Origin: Malacoraja senta
Taxonomy: Eukaryota
DNA length: 64,000 bases
NCBI GenBank assembly: GCA_038087875.1
Contig: CM075990.1
Coordinates: 6,202,001-6,266,000 of the forward strand
Direction: 5' to 3'
Within the stretch, counting starts at the first letter, position 1; each line of letters starts with the position of its first letter. The notes under the pieces are model-generated. The model searched no databases and was not told the origin of the DNA. It saw only the letters and a list, made by a program, of their open reading frames with translations. This document shows, one piece after another, positions 11,686 through 25,822 of the stretch. A program made the position numbers and the translations under genes.

Positions 11686-12879
11686 TTACTCCGACACTTT
11701 GCGGCTCTTTATTAAAATAATAATTGTTGTTCTGTTAAAGTGTTAAATTAGGAAAGTATCTGATCTGGTAGTTTAGGAGATCTAGTAGTTTCGGTAAGAG
11801 TTGAAAATAAATTTTAATAAAGACCACCAAGGACTAGAATTGGTCCTTTAACCCACCCTCAATAATTAATTTCATTGCTGAGTAAATGTCTTGGCCCATT
11901 ACTTTCTCTGGCTGCCAAACCAGCTGTAATTTCCACCAATTTGCTTTTGTTTCAGATTCCATCAATCTGCAGTACTTTACGTCAGGAAAAGCGTTCCTTC
12001 CCGGCATGCTCTGGATATGTTAGATGCCCGCTAACCAAATGCATTAATTAGTCAACGGTGCTCGGTCACTGCCAAGGTTCTGTAGCTCCATCATCCCGAC
12101 CTCTCGCCACCACATGCTGGTACTGCAGTGCTCCAGTTTGTCAAATGATGATGACTAGACATTTACTGTATTCATTTCATTTATTAATCTGGTCTTACGG
12201 CATGCAATAGTGCATAAACCCGTCAGCCACTGTGCCAGCCTTCTCCCACGCATTCTCATTAGACATATTTTATTCCTCCCACATTACCAACAACTTCCCC
12301 AGATTGCACTATTCACCTACACACCAGACGCTATTCACAAATTGCCAAATAATCTGCCAACCCCCACAACTTTGGGATGCAGAAGTCAAAGCACTCAGGG
12401 AACACCCATGTGGTCACAGGGAGACTGCCCACAGACAGCACCCGAGGTCAGGATTGAACCTTGGTCGCTGGAGCTGTGAGGCAGCAGCACTACTCGCTGT
12501 GCAACTCTTCTTGTGCTTCCGACATCAATATTAAACTGCTAAACTGATGAAAATCCTGCAGTGCCCCTCTGTCTGGAAGCTGATGAAATGGGGGGCCTTG
12601 CTTTAGCAACAAAGATAAAATTCATCCATTAGCGTCGCAATATCTACTGATGGGATGTGGCTGGGTGTGTGAGGAAATGTCACAGATTGAAGAACTTGAT
12701 CTCAGACTAGCACAGTGGAAGGTCAGAACCGTTGGACAAAGACAGCTAGAGGAAGAATATAAAGGTGTAGGCATGCACAACTAACAGTGGTGGGCCTAGT
12801 GCATTAAAGAGACAGTTACATGATTTGATCTGTAAATTCTTGTCAACTTCAACTGTGAATGCTCACACACTCAGTTTTT

Positions 12880-13180
12880 TGTTTTATGTTTTTAGTTTTA
12901 GAGATGCAGCGCAGAAACGGGCCCTTCGGCCCACCAAGTCAACGCCAACTATTGATCCCCGGACACGAACACTGTCCTACAACACTGGGGACAATTCGCA
13001 ATTTTACCAAGCCAATTAACCGACAAACCTGTACATCTCTGGAGCATGGGAGGAAACCTGGCAAAATCCGCACAGGTCACAGGGAGAATGTACAAACTCC
13101 GTACAGACAGCACCCGTAGTCAGGATCGAACCAGGGTCACTGGTGCTGTAAGGCAGCAACTCTACCGCTGCGGCACCATG
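12880..13180 (-). mobile_element. V-SINE
   Basis: Same family as 3505-3817. Confidence 0.78.
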
Positions 13181-13264
13181 CAGGGTGGCACCCCTAGGTG
13201 CTACTCAGGATAAATCTGCAGATTCATATCAATATTTTGGAAAGTTGTGGCAACGCAAACATAC

Positions 13265-13449
13265 CTTCTGATGCATAAACTTGATGGCAAGTAAGCTCTA
13301 TACCCATCGGTAATGTAAGGATTGCCTTTTAGAAAGGTTGGGATTTCTTCATAGTTGTAAAGACGAATTCCAATTTGCGAAAAGAGTGGCCAGTAGTTGT
13401 ATCCACCAAGTTCTACTCGATGTAAACTCTTCAGGATATTATGAGTCAT
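13265..13449 (-). CDS. PAQR3: PAQR3-like (progestin and adipoQ receptor family member 3-like), coding exon 1
   Basis: ATG at 13449. Encodes MTHNILKSLHRVELGGYNYWPLFSQIGIRLYNYEEIPTFLKGNPYITDGYRAYLPSSLCIR, matching the PAQR3 N-terminus (NPYITDGYRAYLP). Donor AG|GTATGT. 185 nt coding, phase 2. An acceptor-like tract (ctttcctttag) just upstream implies an untranslated exon further 5'. Confidence 0.93.
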
Positions 13450-14236
13450 CTTGTGTTGACAACCTAAATCTAAAGGAAAGAGGGCAGGTTAATTTTTGGT
13501 TGAAGTAATATCAAATCCAAACAGAGTAATCTCCAAAGTCAAACTGGAGAAAGAAAATATTGTCCTGGGTCAGGCGGCATCTGTGGAGAGAGAAATAGAT
13601 TTTAACCTCAGGTTTATGACCATGTGGGAACTGAAAGCGAGGAAACAAGCATGTTTTATGTTCAAAGTAGAAACAAAGAACGGCAAATTCTGGTTTACAA
13701 AAAAGTGTTAAGAGTAACTTATCATGGAAAATGAAAATATTGTCCTGGGTCACGTGGCATCTGAGGAGGGAGAAATAGATCAGGAGACCCTCGGACTATC
13801 CTTGAGCAGACTTTGCTGGCTTTACCTTGCACTAAACGTTATTTCCTTATCACGTATCAAATCACTGGAAATGGCTCGACTGTAATCATGTATTGTCTTT
13901 CCGCTGACTGGATAGCACGCAACAAAAAGCTTTTTACTGTACCTTGGTACACGTGACAATAATAAACTAAATTAAAGTAGATTTTAACTTCACAGATTTG
14001 TGACTGTGAGAACTGAAAGTGAGGAAAGCATGTTTTATCTTAAAAGTAAAAACAAGGAACTGCAAATTCTGGTTTACATATAAAGACAGCACTGGTGTAA
14101 CTCATCAGATCAGGCAGTATCTCTGGAAAACATGGATAGGTGACAGTTTGAGACAGGACCCTTCTATAGACTGACAGCATTAGGTCACCTAGGCAGGAGT
14201 GGAGAGGTGAAAGGTGTAACTGCTGACTCAAACACA

Positions 14237-14415
14237 TGTAAAGATACAACATATTTTTATTAAGCACTTACATCACAGGATCTGCAGAACGTTACATTTC
14301 CCACTGCTACATCTACTACTTGACGTAGGCGAGTTCTGATATTATATAGCATGTATAAGGCGGGGTTTCTACTAACAAGCACTATGATTGGTAAACATGC
14401 AATAGCCGATCTACA
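14237..14415 (-). repeat. 3' LTR of the Gypsy element (179 bp)
   Basis: On the minus strand it starts TGTAG right after the PPT, ends TTTACA, and has AATAAA near its 3' end. Confidence 0.7.
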
Positions 14416-17400
14416 TCTCTTCTTGTAGGAAGTGAAGAAACTACGGTGCCTGAAATATGCATATGATGGGGTAATATTAAGATTACGCTGGCATGATTAC
14501 ACAAAGTCGCCATATCTGTCAGGTGGCCTACAAACCCATCCAGCCCTCGTGCGGTAGGAGACCACCTCACCTCTTTTCGCGAGGGAACTGAGAGGGGAAG
14601 GGAGAGGGGACGCGACCGGCGACCCAGCAGGGCTGGTAGGAGACGCCGCGGGCGAGGCAGGCGCTGACCGACACGGGGAACCTGTGGCAGGAGGCACGGC
14701 TGGTGGTGGGGTCACTGGAATGGCTGCGGGATGGAACGCAAGAGGTGGTGCATCTGGACCAGGAGTTGCAGGACGTGGTTCCTTCACTGGAAGGATATGT
14801 TGACGGTTGCGTCTGTAGATGACTCCGTCCACTTCGACCAGGTATGAACGGGGCTCTTTGGACGGGCCGTAAATGTGTCCTAGCCGTGTATGGCCTTTGT
14901 CAGTTTGCAGGCGAACCACGTCCTCTTACCAGTGGTTTGAGCGGCTTGCTGGATTTATCGAAGAAACGCTTTTGCGTGTCTCATTTGAACTGTAGCTGCT
15001 TCTGCACCGCAGGTGGGGGGCGAACACGTGGCTTCAGTAGCTGCTGAGAGACAGGCAAAGGTGCACGCGAGGTTGGCGGGACATCAGTCGCTGGGCAGGA
15101 GAACCCAGGATGGGGTCCCATGCAATGTTTCGTAGATTGAGTAAGTCCAGGTACCCATGAGTTGTTTTGCCCTGCGTTCAGCGAGTCCATTTGACTGCGG
15201 GAACTCGGGGCTGCTGGTGATGTGTTGAAAGTCCCAACTTCTAGCAAAGTTCTTAAATGCTTGGCTGGTGAATTGCCTGCCATTGTCAGTTTGAATGCGT
15301 GCAGGGGATCCGTGCACGGAGAGGTGCCGTTGTACCTTCGCGATCACAGCCTCTGAGGAAATGGTTTATGGTAGGTCTATTTCGAACCATCCAGAGTAAG
15401 AGTCCACAAGAACCAGATAGTGTTTACCATGCCATTCAAACATGTCGGTAGCCAGCGAGGACCACGGGAGAGGAGGGACTGGTTAAGGCAGAAGAGGCTG
15501 CTTCTGCTGACGTGGTGTTAAACTGTTGCAAATAGCGCACGCTTCGGTTCTTTCACGTATGTATTTGGTCATTCCGGGCCAGTAAAACATGCATTGCTAC
15601 CATAGGAGAGTGGCCTCCGCGCCGGGGTGGGTCCTGTGGCAGTCGTTGTAATATTCGTCTCGTAGTGCGGTTGGGACCATCACCTTGTGGCCCTTGACTA
15701 TAATCCCGTCCTGTAGCATTAGTTCATCACGAACTAGGAAGTAGGGGCGTACCTCGAGCGGGGTATTTGACAGTTTGTGGGACCAGCCGTCCCGTATGAC
15801 TGTGGACAGCAATTGTAACGTCTCATCAGCAGCCGTGTGTTCGGTGAGGCGGCGGAGACAATCGGTCGGCACAAACGAGACCTTCATGATTGAGTACTGG
15901 TCCTGTTCGGCGAGGTGCTGTTCACTGGTACTATGCGGGGCTCTGGATAGCGTGTCTGCGATGTGCATGTCTTTACCTTTCTTGTGGACGATGCGAAAAT
16001 CAAAACGCTGCAGCTGCATCATCATCCGTTGCAGTCGTGCTGGGGCAGCGTGGATTGGCTTGTTCAAAATGGTAACCAAAGGTTGGTGGTCCGTCTCGAT
16101 GGTAATGGTCTTATCAAAAATAAAGTCCTTGAACATGAGAAGACCACAGCTTGTAGTTCCTTTTCAATTTGGGCAGATCGCTGTTCGGTATCAGTCAAAG
16201 TACGGGATGCATATGATACGGGCTTGATGATGCCGTCGGTAGTGGTTTGTAGGCAGGCTGCGTCTAGTCCGTAATGGGATGCATCGCAGGTCATCGTGAC
16301 CGGCAGCTTCAGATCAAACTATGATAGGGTTGGCGCACCGGCCAACTGCAACTTGAGGTTGTCAAAAGCACTTTGGTGCTGTGGGTACCAGGACCATGCT
16401 GCGTCTTTGTGTGCCAGTTTGTGTAGAGGAGCCGGCAGGTCGCTGAATTTGGGAATGAATTTACCCAGGTAGTTGACCATGCCGAGGAATCGCTGTAGAC
16501 TCGTGACATCAGTTGGAACTGGCAGTTCGTTAATGGCTGCAGTTTTCAGTGGATCAGGCCTGAGGCTGCTGCTGGTGAAGACAGATCAGACGTAAGTGAC
16601 CTCGGGAACTCGAAATCTGCACTTTAGTGGGTTCAGTTTGAGATTAATGTCTTTGGCACGGTTGAGCACTCTTTTCAGGTTGGCATCATGTTCAGCCAGG
16701 TCGCGACCATAGACGAGAATATCATCAACAATGATGGCGCACGGGAACTCTGTGAACAATTGTTCCATGTTGCGTTGGAAAACTTCGCTGGCAGAGTTGA
16801 TGCCGAAGGGCATCCTTAGGAATTTGAAACGGCCAAAGGGGGTGGCAAAAGTAGTGAGGATGGGATGGATGAGTCCTGGTCTAACGGAATCTGCCAGAAG
16901 GAGCTTTTGGCATCCAGAACAGAAAACACTGCTGCGTTGCCAATCTGTGCAACGACATCTTCTATGGTTCTCATTGGATAGTGGGGGCGCTTGATTGCAG
17001 TATTCAGGTCTTTGGGATTGATACAGATGCGTATCTCCCCTTTGTTTTTCTTGGTTGCAACGACCATGGTGGAGACCCAGTCAGATGGGTCGGTCACTTC
17101 AGCAATTACTCCCATTGAGACCATGGGCCCAAGTTCATTTTGTATCCTGTCGCGCATGGCATGCGGGATGCGATGAAGTGCTCGGACTACTGGTGTGACA
17201 GTAGGATCAACAGTGATTCGATATTTGATAGCCAGCTTGCCTAGTCCATCATCAAACAAGTCTTTCTACTGGGAAAGAAGCCGTTGTACTGGCTTATCAG
17301 TTAGACATAATTTGTGGACTGCACGTCCAAAATACACCAGGCCGAGATCATGGCATGCAGTGACACCGAGTAAAGTCTCTGAGTCTGACTTGACAATGTA

Positions 17401-17775
17401 AAACAGCAGGTTGCGAGTTTGCTGGTTGACTGTACAGTGGGTGTAAAATCTCTCCCCCGTAGGTCCGAAGGGTTGTGGAGTCCTTGAGCAGTCGTTCAGC
17501 ATGTCGAATTTTTTTAAACTCCATTATCGACATGACTTTGACCTTTGCACCCATGTCGACCTTGGCCAGTATGGGCCTGTTATTCACGAAGATAGTTACT
17601 TCAGGGTCCAGGGGCTCATTAGTGGAAGGGAGGAGGGAGTGAATAGCGGAATTGTTATCAACAGTGTCTGAACTCTGCTCGTGAGATGGCGTTTCAAGCT
17701 CTTGAGAATCGTTATCTGAGAGCTCTTGTTGAATCAATTTGTCCTTGATATCTGATAAAGGTTGGACCAACAATG
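14237..17775 (-). mobile_element. Decayed, 5'-truncated Gypsy/Ty3 LTR retrotransposon (protease-RT-RNaseH-integrase, 3' LTR)
   Basis: Frameshifted pol pieces in Gypsy order: AKVDMGA (protease), MPFGINSASEVFQ and IVDDIL (RT), CDASHYG and ETDHQPL (RNase H), HRTHPG and TDNGRQF (integrase). PPT CAAGAAGAGA at 14425-14416. No gag or 5' LTR seen. Confidence 0.92.
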
Positions 17776-19947
17776 TCCAGATGACAAACTACTGTTGGTG
17801 TCTCTAAGGGAGGGTGTGGAATGCTCACTAATCATCGCTATTCTCTCTGGAGGATTGCAAGAGGAAAATCAGTGAGCAGGAAGGAAATGAAATAAAAGCT
17901 GCAACTGTCAGCTGTAGAACACAGAAAACTGAAAAAACAAGGAAATGCCCAACGATGGAAATACTCAATATCATCAGGTGGCAACTGCGGCGAGTGAAAA
18001 TACGAAGTTAAATGTTACGGGTAGATGTCCTTGTATCAACACTGGCCAACTGGAAAGGCTATCTTAAATGCCTTTTTCGTTGACTATTTCCTTCGCTCCA
18101 TAGATGCTGCCTCTCCCGCTGAGTTTTTCCAGCATCTGCAGTTCCTTCTTAAACAGCCTATCTTAAATGTTTGAAGTTAAAAATAGAGTCCCAAGGGCTG
18201 TAATGTGCTCAGGTGGATGATGACATCGTGAAGATGGATGTTGTTGCAATATTTTCAATTACGGATCTCATCTTCCATCCAGCCACATTGCAGCCCTAGG
18301 GGCTCAGTACAGAATTCAACAATTGCAGATCTCCACCCTTCCATGCTCATGTTCAAACTGCCTCGTTCTGATGACAGGTCAGAACATTAACATTACAGGT
18401 ACAGACCCTGTAACATTAATTCGATTTCTCTCTCCCTAGATGCTACACTAACCTCTGAGCACTTCCTGAGATCAAACAGCTGCTGCCATCTGCATCTCAC
18501 ATTTCCAGCATTTTCTTCCTCCCCATGGACCCAATTCACATCCCTCTATTTCCACCCCTCAGAGCAACCATGATAAACAAACCTTTAGCACCCTCTATGA
18601 TAAGGCAACAATAGTATTTGTGTTACCTGGGCAATCCTGAATACTACCCCTATCATTGACTTCCCCTGTTCTTTGTTCACCTCTCCCCCATCTCTCCAAT
18701 TTAAACATACTTGGTCTTTCACTTTTTCCAGTTCTGATAAAAAAACTATTGCTCAGGACACTGCATCTCCCTCCACGGATGCTGCTTTTCCTGCTGTGTA
18801 TCGCCAGTATTTACTGTTTTTCTTTCCATTTCATTTTTTGCTTTTTGAATATTGTTATTCTGTTCAATTAACATAACGATGCATAATAAAACATAGAACA
18901 GTACAGCAAAGAGCAGGCCCTTTAGCACACATCTGTGCCAAACATGTTGCAAAGACCCTCACTATTCTACCGGCACATAACCCATATCCCTCCATTCAAA
19001 AATTATGAAAAGATACTAAGCTGTATAATATGAATCTTCCATAATATTCTCTATTAAAACATTTGAATGTTCTGCAATTCCTGGAATGAGTATATGGCTT
19101 GTGATTAATAGTGTTCCTTGGTGTTCATATACAATTAATTATGCTCTGGACAAACAATGCTCAGCTTTTACAGAGAACAAAGAACAGTACTGCTCTAGAA
19201 CAGGCTCTTTGGCCCACAATGTCTGAGCCAACTATGCTGCCAAATAAAACTAATCCCATCTGTCTGCACATCATCCATTTCTCTCCATTCCCCATGTTTA
19301 TGTGCCTGTGAAACCTCTGCTTAAACTTGCCTCAAAATACAAAAAAAAAACAGCCACATTAAGTTATGTTAACCATTAAAATTCTAGTAGTGGAGACATA
19401 AGAAACTGCAGATGCTGGTTTACAAAAGAAACAAAGCTCAGGAGTAACTTAGCGAGTCAGGCAGCATCTCTGGAGAACACAAATAGGTGGGGGTTCAGGT
19501 TGGGACAACTTCTTCAGACAATTTTCTAGTGGTACTAGCCTCGTCCACAACCGTTAGAAAGATTTTCACAATGTATTGTACGATCTCTTAAGGCACAAAA
19601 TTTGTCTGCAATATATCATAAAATTAATATTGATACACAATGCACACTATTGAGCTTCCATTTCCTCACCAGAACATCTACAATCTATTGATTATACAGA
19701 CCTGATTTCAAGTCAAGTATTTATTGTGATGTGCACCAGTATAGTGAGGCACAGGAGCAATGAAATATCGTGTTTGGAGCATCATCACAGGCACATAGAC
19801 TCAGATGACACTCAAGAACATAAGTTACACATTAATATGCAAACAGCAAAAATAAAAAGGTTGTGCAAAACTAACTAAATATCAGTGCACGAGGTGGTCC
19901 ATTGTGCCCATTGCTAATGTAGGATTAGGTTTGTGCAGGTTAGTTCA

Positions 19948-20280
19948 AGAACCTTTACTCTCTTGCCCAGAGTAGGGGAAATCGAGGACCAGAAGACAAA
20001 AGTTCAAGGGGAAATGATTTAATAGGAATCTGAGGGATAACCTTTTCCACACAAAGGAATGGAACTTTGGAACGAGGGACTTACTGCGTGGAACAAGCTG
20101 GCAGAGGAGGTAGTTGAGGCAGGGACTGTCGCAACGTTTAAGAAACATTTAGACAGGTATATAGATAAAACAGGTTTAGAGGGATATGGGACAAACGCAG
20201 GCAGGTGGGAGTAATGTAGCTGGGACATGTTGGTCGGTGTGGGCAAGTTGGGCCAAAGGGCCTGTTTCCACGCTATAACC
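19948..20280 (+). mobile_element. CR1-type LINE 3' fragment
   Basis: TGGAACAAGCTG...GAGGTAGTTGAGGCAGG...GGGCCAAAGGGCCTGTTTCC tail. Similar pieces at about 7845-8062 (-) and 25003-25262 (+). Confidence 0.75.
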
Positions 20281-23200
20281 TGATGGTTGTTGGAAAGTAG
20301 ATATTCCTGTATCTGGTGGCATGCGACTTCAGGTTTCTGTACCTCCTGCCCTATTGTAGCAGTGAGAAGTGGGAGTGTCCCAGGTGGTCAGGAACTTTGA
20401 TGATAGATGCCAAATGCCACCTTCAAGGCGGCATCACAAGTATATGCTTTTGATGCTGGGGAGGGTAGTTTGTGTGATGGAATGAGTCGAGTCTACCACT
20501 CTCTGCAGCCTCTTGCAATGATGCGTGTCAGAATTGCGATTGAATTTCAAGGTCTCTGTACATTTATCCCAGATAGAAAGAAAGAGGGATCCCATGAGAA
20601 AGATGGACTATCTGAAGTTATCACAGGAGATAGGGAAAAATATTAAATTAAAAATGAGAGCCTACTATGTTGAAATGGCTAGTGGTAGACCAGCGATCTG
20701 GGAATTTTACCAGCAGCACAAGACAAACAATTAACAAGGAGGGAGAAAATTGATGGCGGAATCCTGGCACATAATATATAAACAAATAGAAAGGGCGTCT
20801 CTGTATATACAAAAAGGAAGAAGGTAGCAAATATATGTATGGGACACCTGAAGTTCAAAGCATGGAAACTGAAATGTCAGATAATGTAAACCAAGTTTGC
20901 ATTAGTCTTAACAGTGCAAGACATTATAAATATTTCAAAGATATCTAAAATACACGGAACTGCAGATGTTGGTCTAATACAAAAAATACGTAAAATGCTG
21001 GAGTAGTTCAATGGGTCAAGCAGCATCCCTGGAGAACATGGGGAGGTGATGTTTCGGGTTGGGCATCATCAGACACTTCTTCAGCCCTAGTGAAGGGCCC
21101 CCACTCAAAACGTCACTTATCCATGATCTCCAGGGATGCTGCCTGACCCGCTGAGCATTTTGTGCCTTTCCTTAGTAAATGAGCATCTGCAGTTCCATGT
21201 TTCTTCAAATAGTATGATATAAGTTTAACAATCCCTACCACAAGTGTTTGTAAAAAATAGAACTGAAGACAAATGTCACCAGATCATAATGCCCTGTTTG
21301 GTGGGTTTTAAAGGAAGTGGTGACAGAAATAAAGGAGCCGTTGGTTGAAATTTTTCAAAACTTCCCAAAGAAGCGAGGGTTTTTACATTAGTTGACTTCT
21401 GTAAATTGCTTCAAGCACTGCAGGGGAATGGACGAGAAAGGGATAACATTAAACTAGTGTGAAAGTGCTATTGATGGTCAGCGTGGATTCAATGGGCCGA
21501 GGGGCCTGCTACATCTCTGAACTAAACTCCTTTATCTGATCAAAATATATAACGGAAAGCTTCACATTACAGGAAGCCAACTGTAAACTAATCTGATAAA
21601 GCCTTAAGTATTCTACACTGCTGTATAATGATGCAACATCATTTTTGGAACAAGTTATTGGACTAATTGTAATTATTTAAAAGGTAAGGCTCCACATAAT
21701 GTGAATATTGATATCATTCTGCAGGGAGACTTAACATGAATCAAAAATGTTATTTCAATGTAAAAAAGATCCTGCAATCACAAAAAGATGATGCGCATTA
21801 AGATGCATTTAGGTTGCAGCTTTAGTGCGATGAAAAAATAGATTATATTTTGCGGTCGTTAAAAATCCACACATTTTGCAAAGCTTACAGACTATATTGG
21901 TCAACAGGTCTTTACTGGTGTGTACAAAAGCTTCTTCTCATTTAATCCCATCAAAATATCCCTCAGTTCCTTCCAGATTTATCTATCTGCACCTTGCAAG
22001 AATTTATGCTGTTCACCTCAAAAATTCCCATGATTTCCTTTTTCACTCCAGTCAATCCCTCATCTCCCCTCACCTGTCGGGAAGGACAAAACCTTGAAAG
22101 TGTGCACAACCAGATTCAGGAACAGCATCTTCCCCTCTTACCAGACTATTGAATGGTCCATCCAGAAGCTAGGGCATAGTTCCAATCTTCCAACCTACCT
22201 CAATGCAGTCATTGGACTTTTTCCTCTGGAAATGTAACACTCCAATGCTGTAAAACTATATTCTACACTCTGGTGTGATTCTCTTTGCAATGTTGCACTT
22301 GCGTGTGGCTCGATTCTACTCATATTCAGTGTGATCTGATTTAACTGGATAGCAAGCAATTGGAAAAGCTTTGCACCTACATCATTGCCTCAGTACCCTT
22401 TTTAATAATAGTGAAAATAGTCTAGAGTTGCTCATTAAATTCCTGACGTTCTTCCTAAAGTGATTCCTAATTCAAGACTGAAACAAGCAAAATAACCCAC
22501 CTTTGATGCGAGTTTGAGTCTTCACCAGATGGTCTTATACTTCCCAAGGTTAACATTACAAGACCCATAATTACATTAAGATAACATAACAGGTTTACAA
22601 AAAATTAGATCCACTCGACCTCAGGCTTAAATAGTAATGAGATTCCCGACTGTGCTCCTGAAATATTTATATATTAATTTCACCGGGAAACTCGTGTGAG
22701 CAGAACCATGGAAGTGCAGAGCACTCCTTCTCAGTGTAAAAGGGTTGCTGGTGCAGAAATGGCAGATATTGTTCCAACAGTATTAGCAAAATTCAAATTT
22801 AACTTTGAAAATATTCACCATCCATTCCTTATTATAGTCCAGCCATTGTTATCAGGGAAACCATCATCTCATACCCTTCCTGTTCAACACATACACACTG
22901 CTGGAATTCTCTCACATATATAAAAAGCTCTATCAAATAAATAATTTTGCAATAATATTTTCCTTTTGTTGCTCTTTTGACACTGTATTCATGATGATCA
23001 CTCACAAGTTTTGAGGTCCAGCTCACTGTGGAATAACAATACTCCATTGTTCAATCTCTGCTTCAAGTACAGAAGTACAAAGTGTTGACTTTTGTCTGAT
23101 TATGTTCTGCTGAAGTGCCACGGACGATTTTCTATGTTAAAAGAAATTACATGAATGCACACTGTTCTCAATGTCACAATCGGAGAATTTTAAGATCTGC

Positions 23201-25530
23201 TTTCTGAATCTCAGGGGTCACAATCTTTGCAAACTGTGGTCTCTGTAGTATAGGATGTTGATCAACTCTGCCCAAGTGCATGATGGCTGGGACTGCTACC
23301 CAGTCTCTTATGAAATATTTAATTGGATTATGGTCGTCACAAGATGAGGATTAGCGCAAATCAGAAAACAGTAACTTCTTTCAGATCATAAAATGTGATT
23401 ATAACAGTGAAACTTAAAATGAAGCTGGAAACATCGACATTCAGTGATTGCTTCAACATCGAAACTGGGATAGTGTTTGTAAAATAAGAGAAAGCAGCCA
23501 CTCACCAGCATGGAAACAAATAATGTCCTTACCTGCAGACTAGTTTAACAATTAAGACACTTTTTTTATTGCTTTAATTTATGTGAAAAAATTAAATTAT
23601 ATCCAGGCTTGGCTTTAATGTTCTGCTTTGAATTACTAAGCTATACTGATTTCCAGTGCCTCCATTTCCCGAGCACCTCAGAAACAGTGATGGTAATGGC
23701 TCAGAATTGCCATTTTCTTGTAGCTTTTGTTTCACAATGTTTCTCCTCAGCTTACTTTGAGAGCCTGGTGGAATGGGAGCAGGGGGCTGAAAGAGTTCAA
23801 GAACAGAGCAGTAGAGTGGGTGAGAGGGTTACAGTAATTCCAGAGAGAGCCCTCAATTCCAGAACCTGGAAGCAATGAAAAAAAGGGAGATAAAAGGTGA
23901 TGATAGGACAGTAAAATCCTGGACAGCTCGAACACAAAAACAGGCCAACCATCAACCACCCATTTTTACACTAATTCTAAGCCAACGCATTTTTTTTCAT
24001 CACATTCCCATCAACGTATTACCTAAACTATGGATAATTCACAGTGAGCAACTAACCGACCAATGTGCGCATTTTGGGGACAAGGAAGGAAAATGGAGCA
24101 CCCGGAGGAAACAGGCGTGATCATAGGGAGAACATTCAGACTTCACTCAGATAGAAGGCAATGAGCTAACTGGTTTGTATAATTGGTTAACACCAGCCCA
24201 TGGCCTCCTATGGACCGTTTCCTTGATCAACGTCACTGTTTTGCACATCTTTCTTTCCCCTGACTCTCAGTCTGAAGAAGGGTCTTGACCTGAAACGTCA
24301 CCTATTTCTTTTCTCCAGAGATGCTGCCTGACCCACTGAGTTACTCCAGCTTTTCGTGTCTATCTTTTGTAGCTAGTGACTGTTTGATTCTGCTTGGCTG
24401 GATCAGGGGCAAACGTTTATTTATTGGTAGGTTTGGGTTACATTCTAACAGCTAGAGGCATGGCAAAGTACCTCTGCTTTGATGAATGCACATCCAGTTG
24501 ATAAATCCAGGATCAAGACAACCACACGTCACGGTACAGGTCCTTCAACTGGAAGAAGGAAGTCTAAGATCTGGCACTTGAGCAACAGATCTTGTATCGC
24601 TTCCTGCATCAGTGAAGCATGTAGATAGCACATTTCAAGAGGCACACGCCCAATTGTTTAACACCATTGAAGCAGAGAAGGATTGTGCAAGAACAAGCCC
24701 GATCATATTTCCTCAAGTGGGTTATTTTGTCCTCTACACGATACTCAGTTCCGAATTCTGGCTAGCTTTTTGGTTTTTCAAACAACAATTGAAGAAATCC
24801 TGAAGGCTGGATAGCCATTCATCTTTCCTCCACTGATTGCAATAGTTACTATTTATTCTGATAGAGGAAATTACTACTTAAAAACATTCCTGCTGTCAAG
24901 TGTTCTGAAATTATGATACTTTATTCTACGAGGTCTGAATTTTTAAAGTGCGATAATTAATACATGGCGAACATTACTCCATAAAAAATAATTTTATTTT
25001 ATGGTTTAAGGTGAAGGGGGAAAGATTTAATAGGAACCTGAAGGTCAACATTTGTTTTTACACAAAGGTTGGTAGGTATATGGAACGAGCTGTTGATGGA
25101 AGTAGCTGAGAAAGGTACTATCACAATGTTTGGACAGAAACATGGATAGGAAAGGTTTAGAGGGAAATGGGCCAAATGCCCATAGGTGGGACTAGAGTAG
25201 ATGAGGCATGTTCGTCAGCATGGGCAAGTTGGGCCGAAGGGCCTGTTTCCACACTATGCAACTTTATGTAAAGAAATTTTAATACCCTGAATAGCATTTC
25301 AAAATATAATAGATATTTAAAACATTTGAACTTCAAATTGCTGGAAGAACTCAGCAGGCTAGGCAGCATTTGTGGTGGGAAATGGTCAGACGATATTTCA
25401 GGTTGGGGCCCTTCTTCAGACTGAGACATACTTCTGTCTGTCACAGTTGCCTCCACAGATGCTACATGATCCACTCCTCCTTCAATCTCTACTTCACTCA
25501 AATTTATGTATCCAATTTTGTATTTAATAA

Positions 25531-25822
25531 GCAGCACAGTGGCAGAGCAGTAGAGTGGCTGCCTCACAGCGCCAGAGACCTGGGTTCGATCCTGACTACG
25601 GGTGTTGTCTGTACGGAGTTTGTACATGTGACATGTGTGGGTTTTCTCCGGGATCTGCGGTTTCCTTCTACACTCCAAATACGTACAGGTTTTAGGTTAA
25701 TTGGCTTGGTATAATGGTAAATTGTTCTCAGTGGGCGTGTAGGATAGTGTTAGTGTATGGAGTTCGCTGGTCGATGCGGTGGGCGAAAGGGTCCGTTTCT
25801 GTGCTGTTTCTCTAAACTAAAC
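25531..25822 (+). mobile_element. V-SINE
   Basis: GCACAGTGGCAGAGCAGTAGAG head, GGTTCGATCC B box, V-domain, CTAAACTAAA tail. Confidence 0.8.

Noticed and set aside
11167..11746. GC-rich ORFs (107-143 aa) or a CpG-island promoter
   Set aside because: Fully explained by the CpG-rich Harbinger MITE.
25531..25600. tRNA-like A/B boxes (also at about 3750-3817, 13120-13180 and 61390-61461)
   Set aside because: SINE heads followed by V-domains, not complete cloverleaf tRNA genes.
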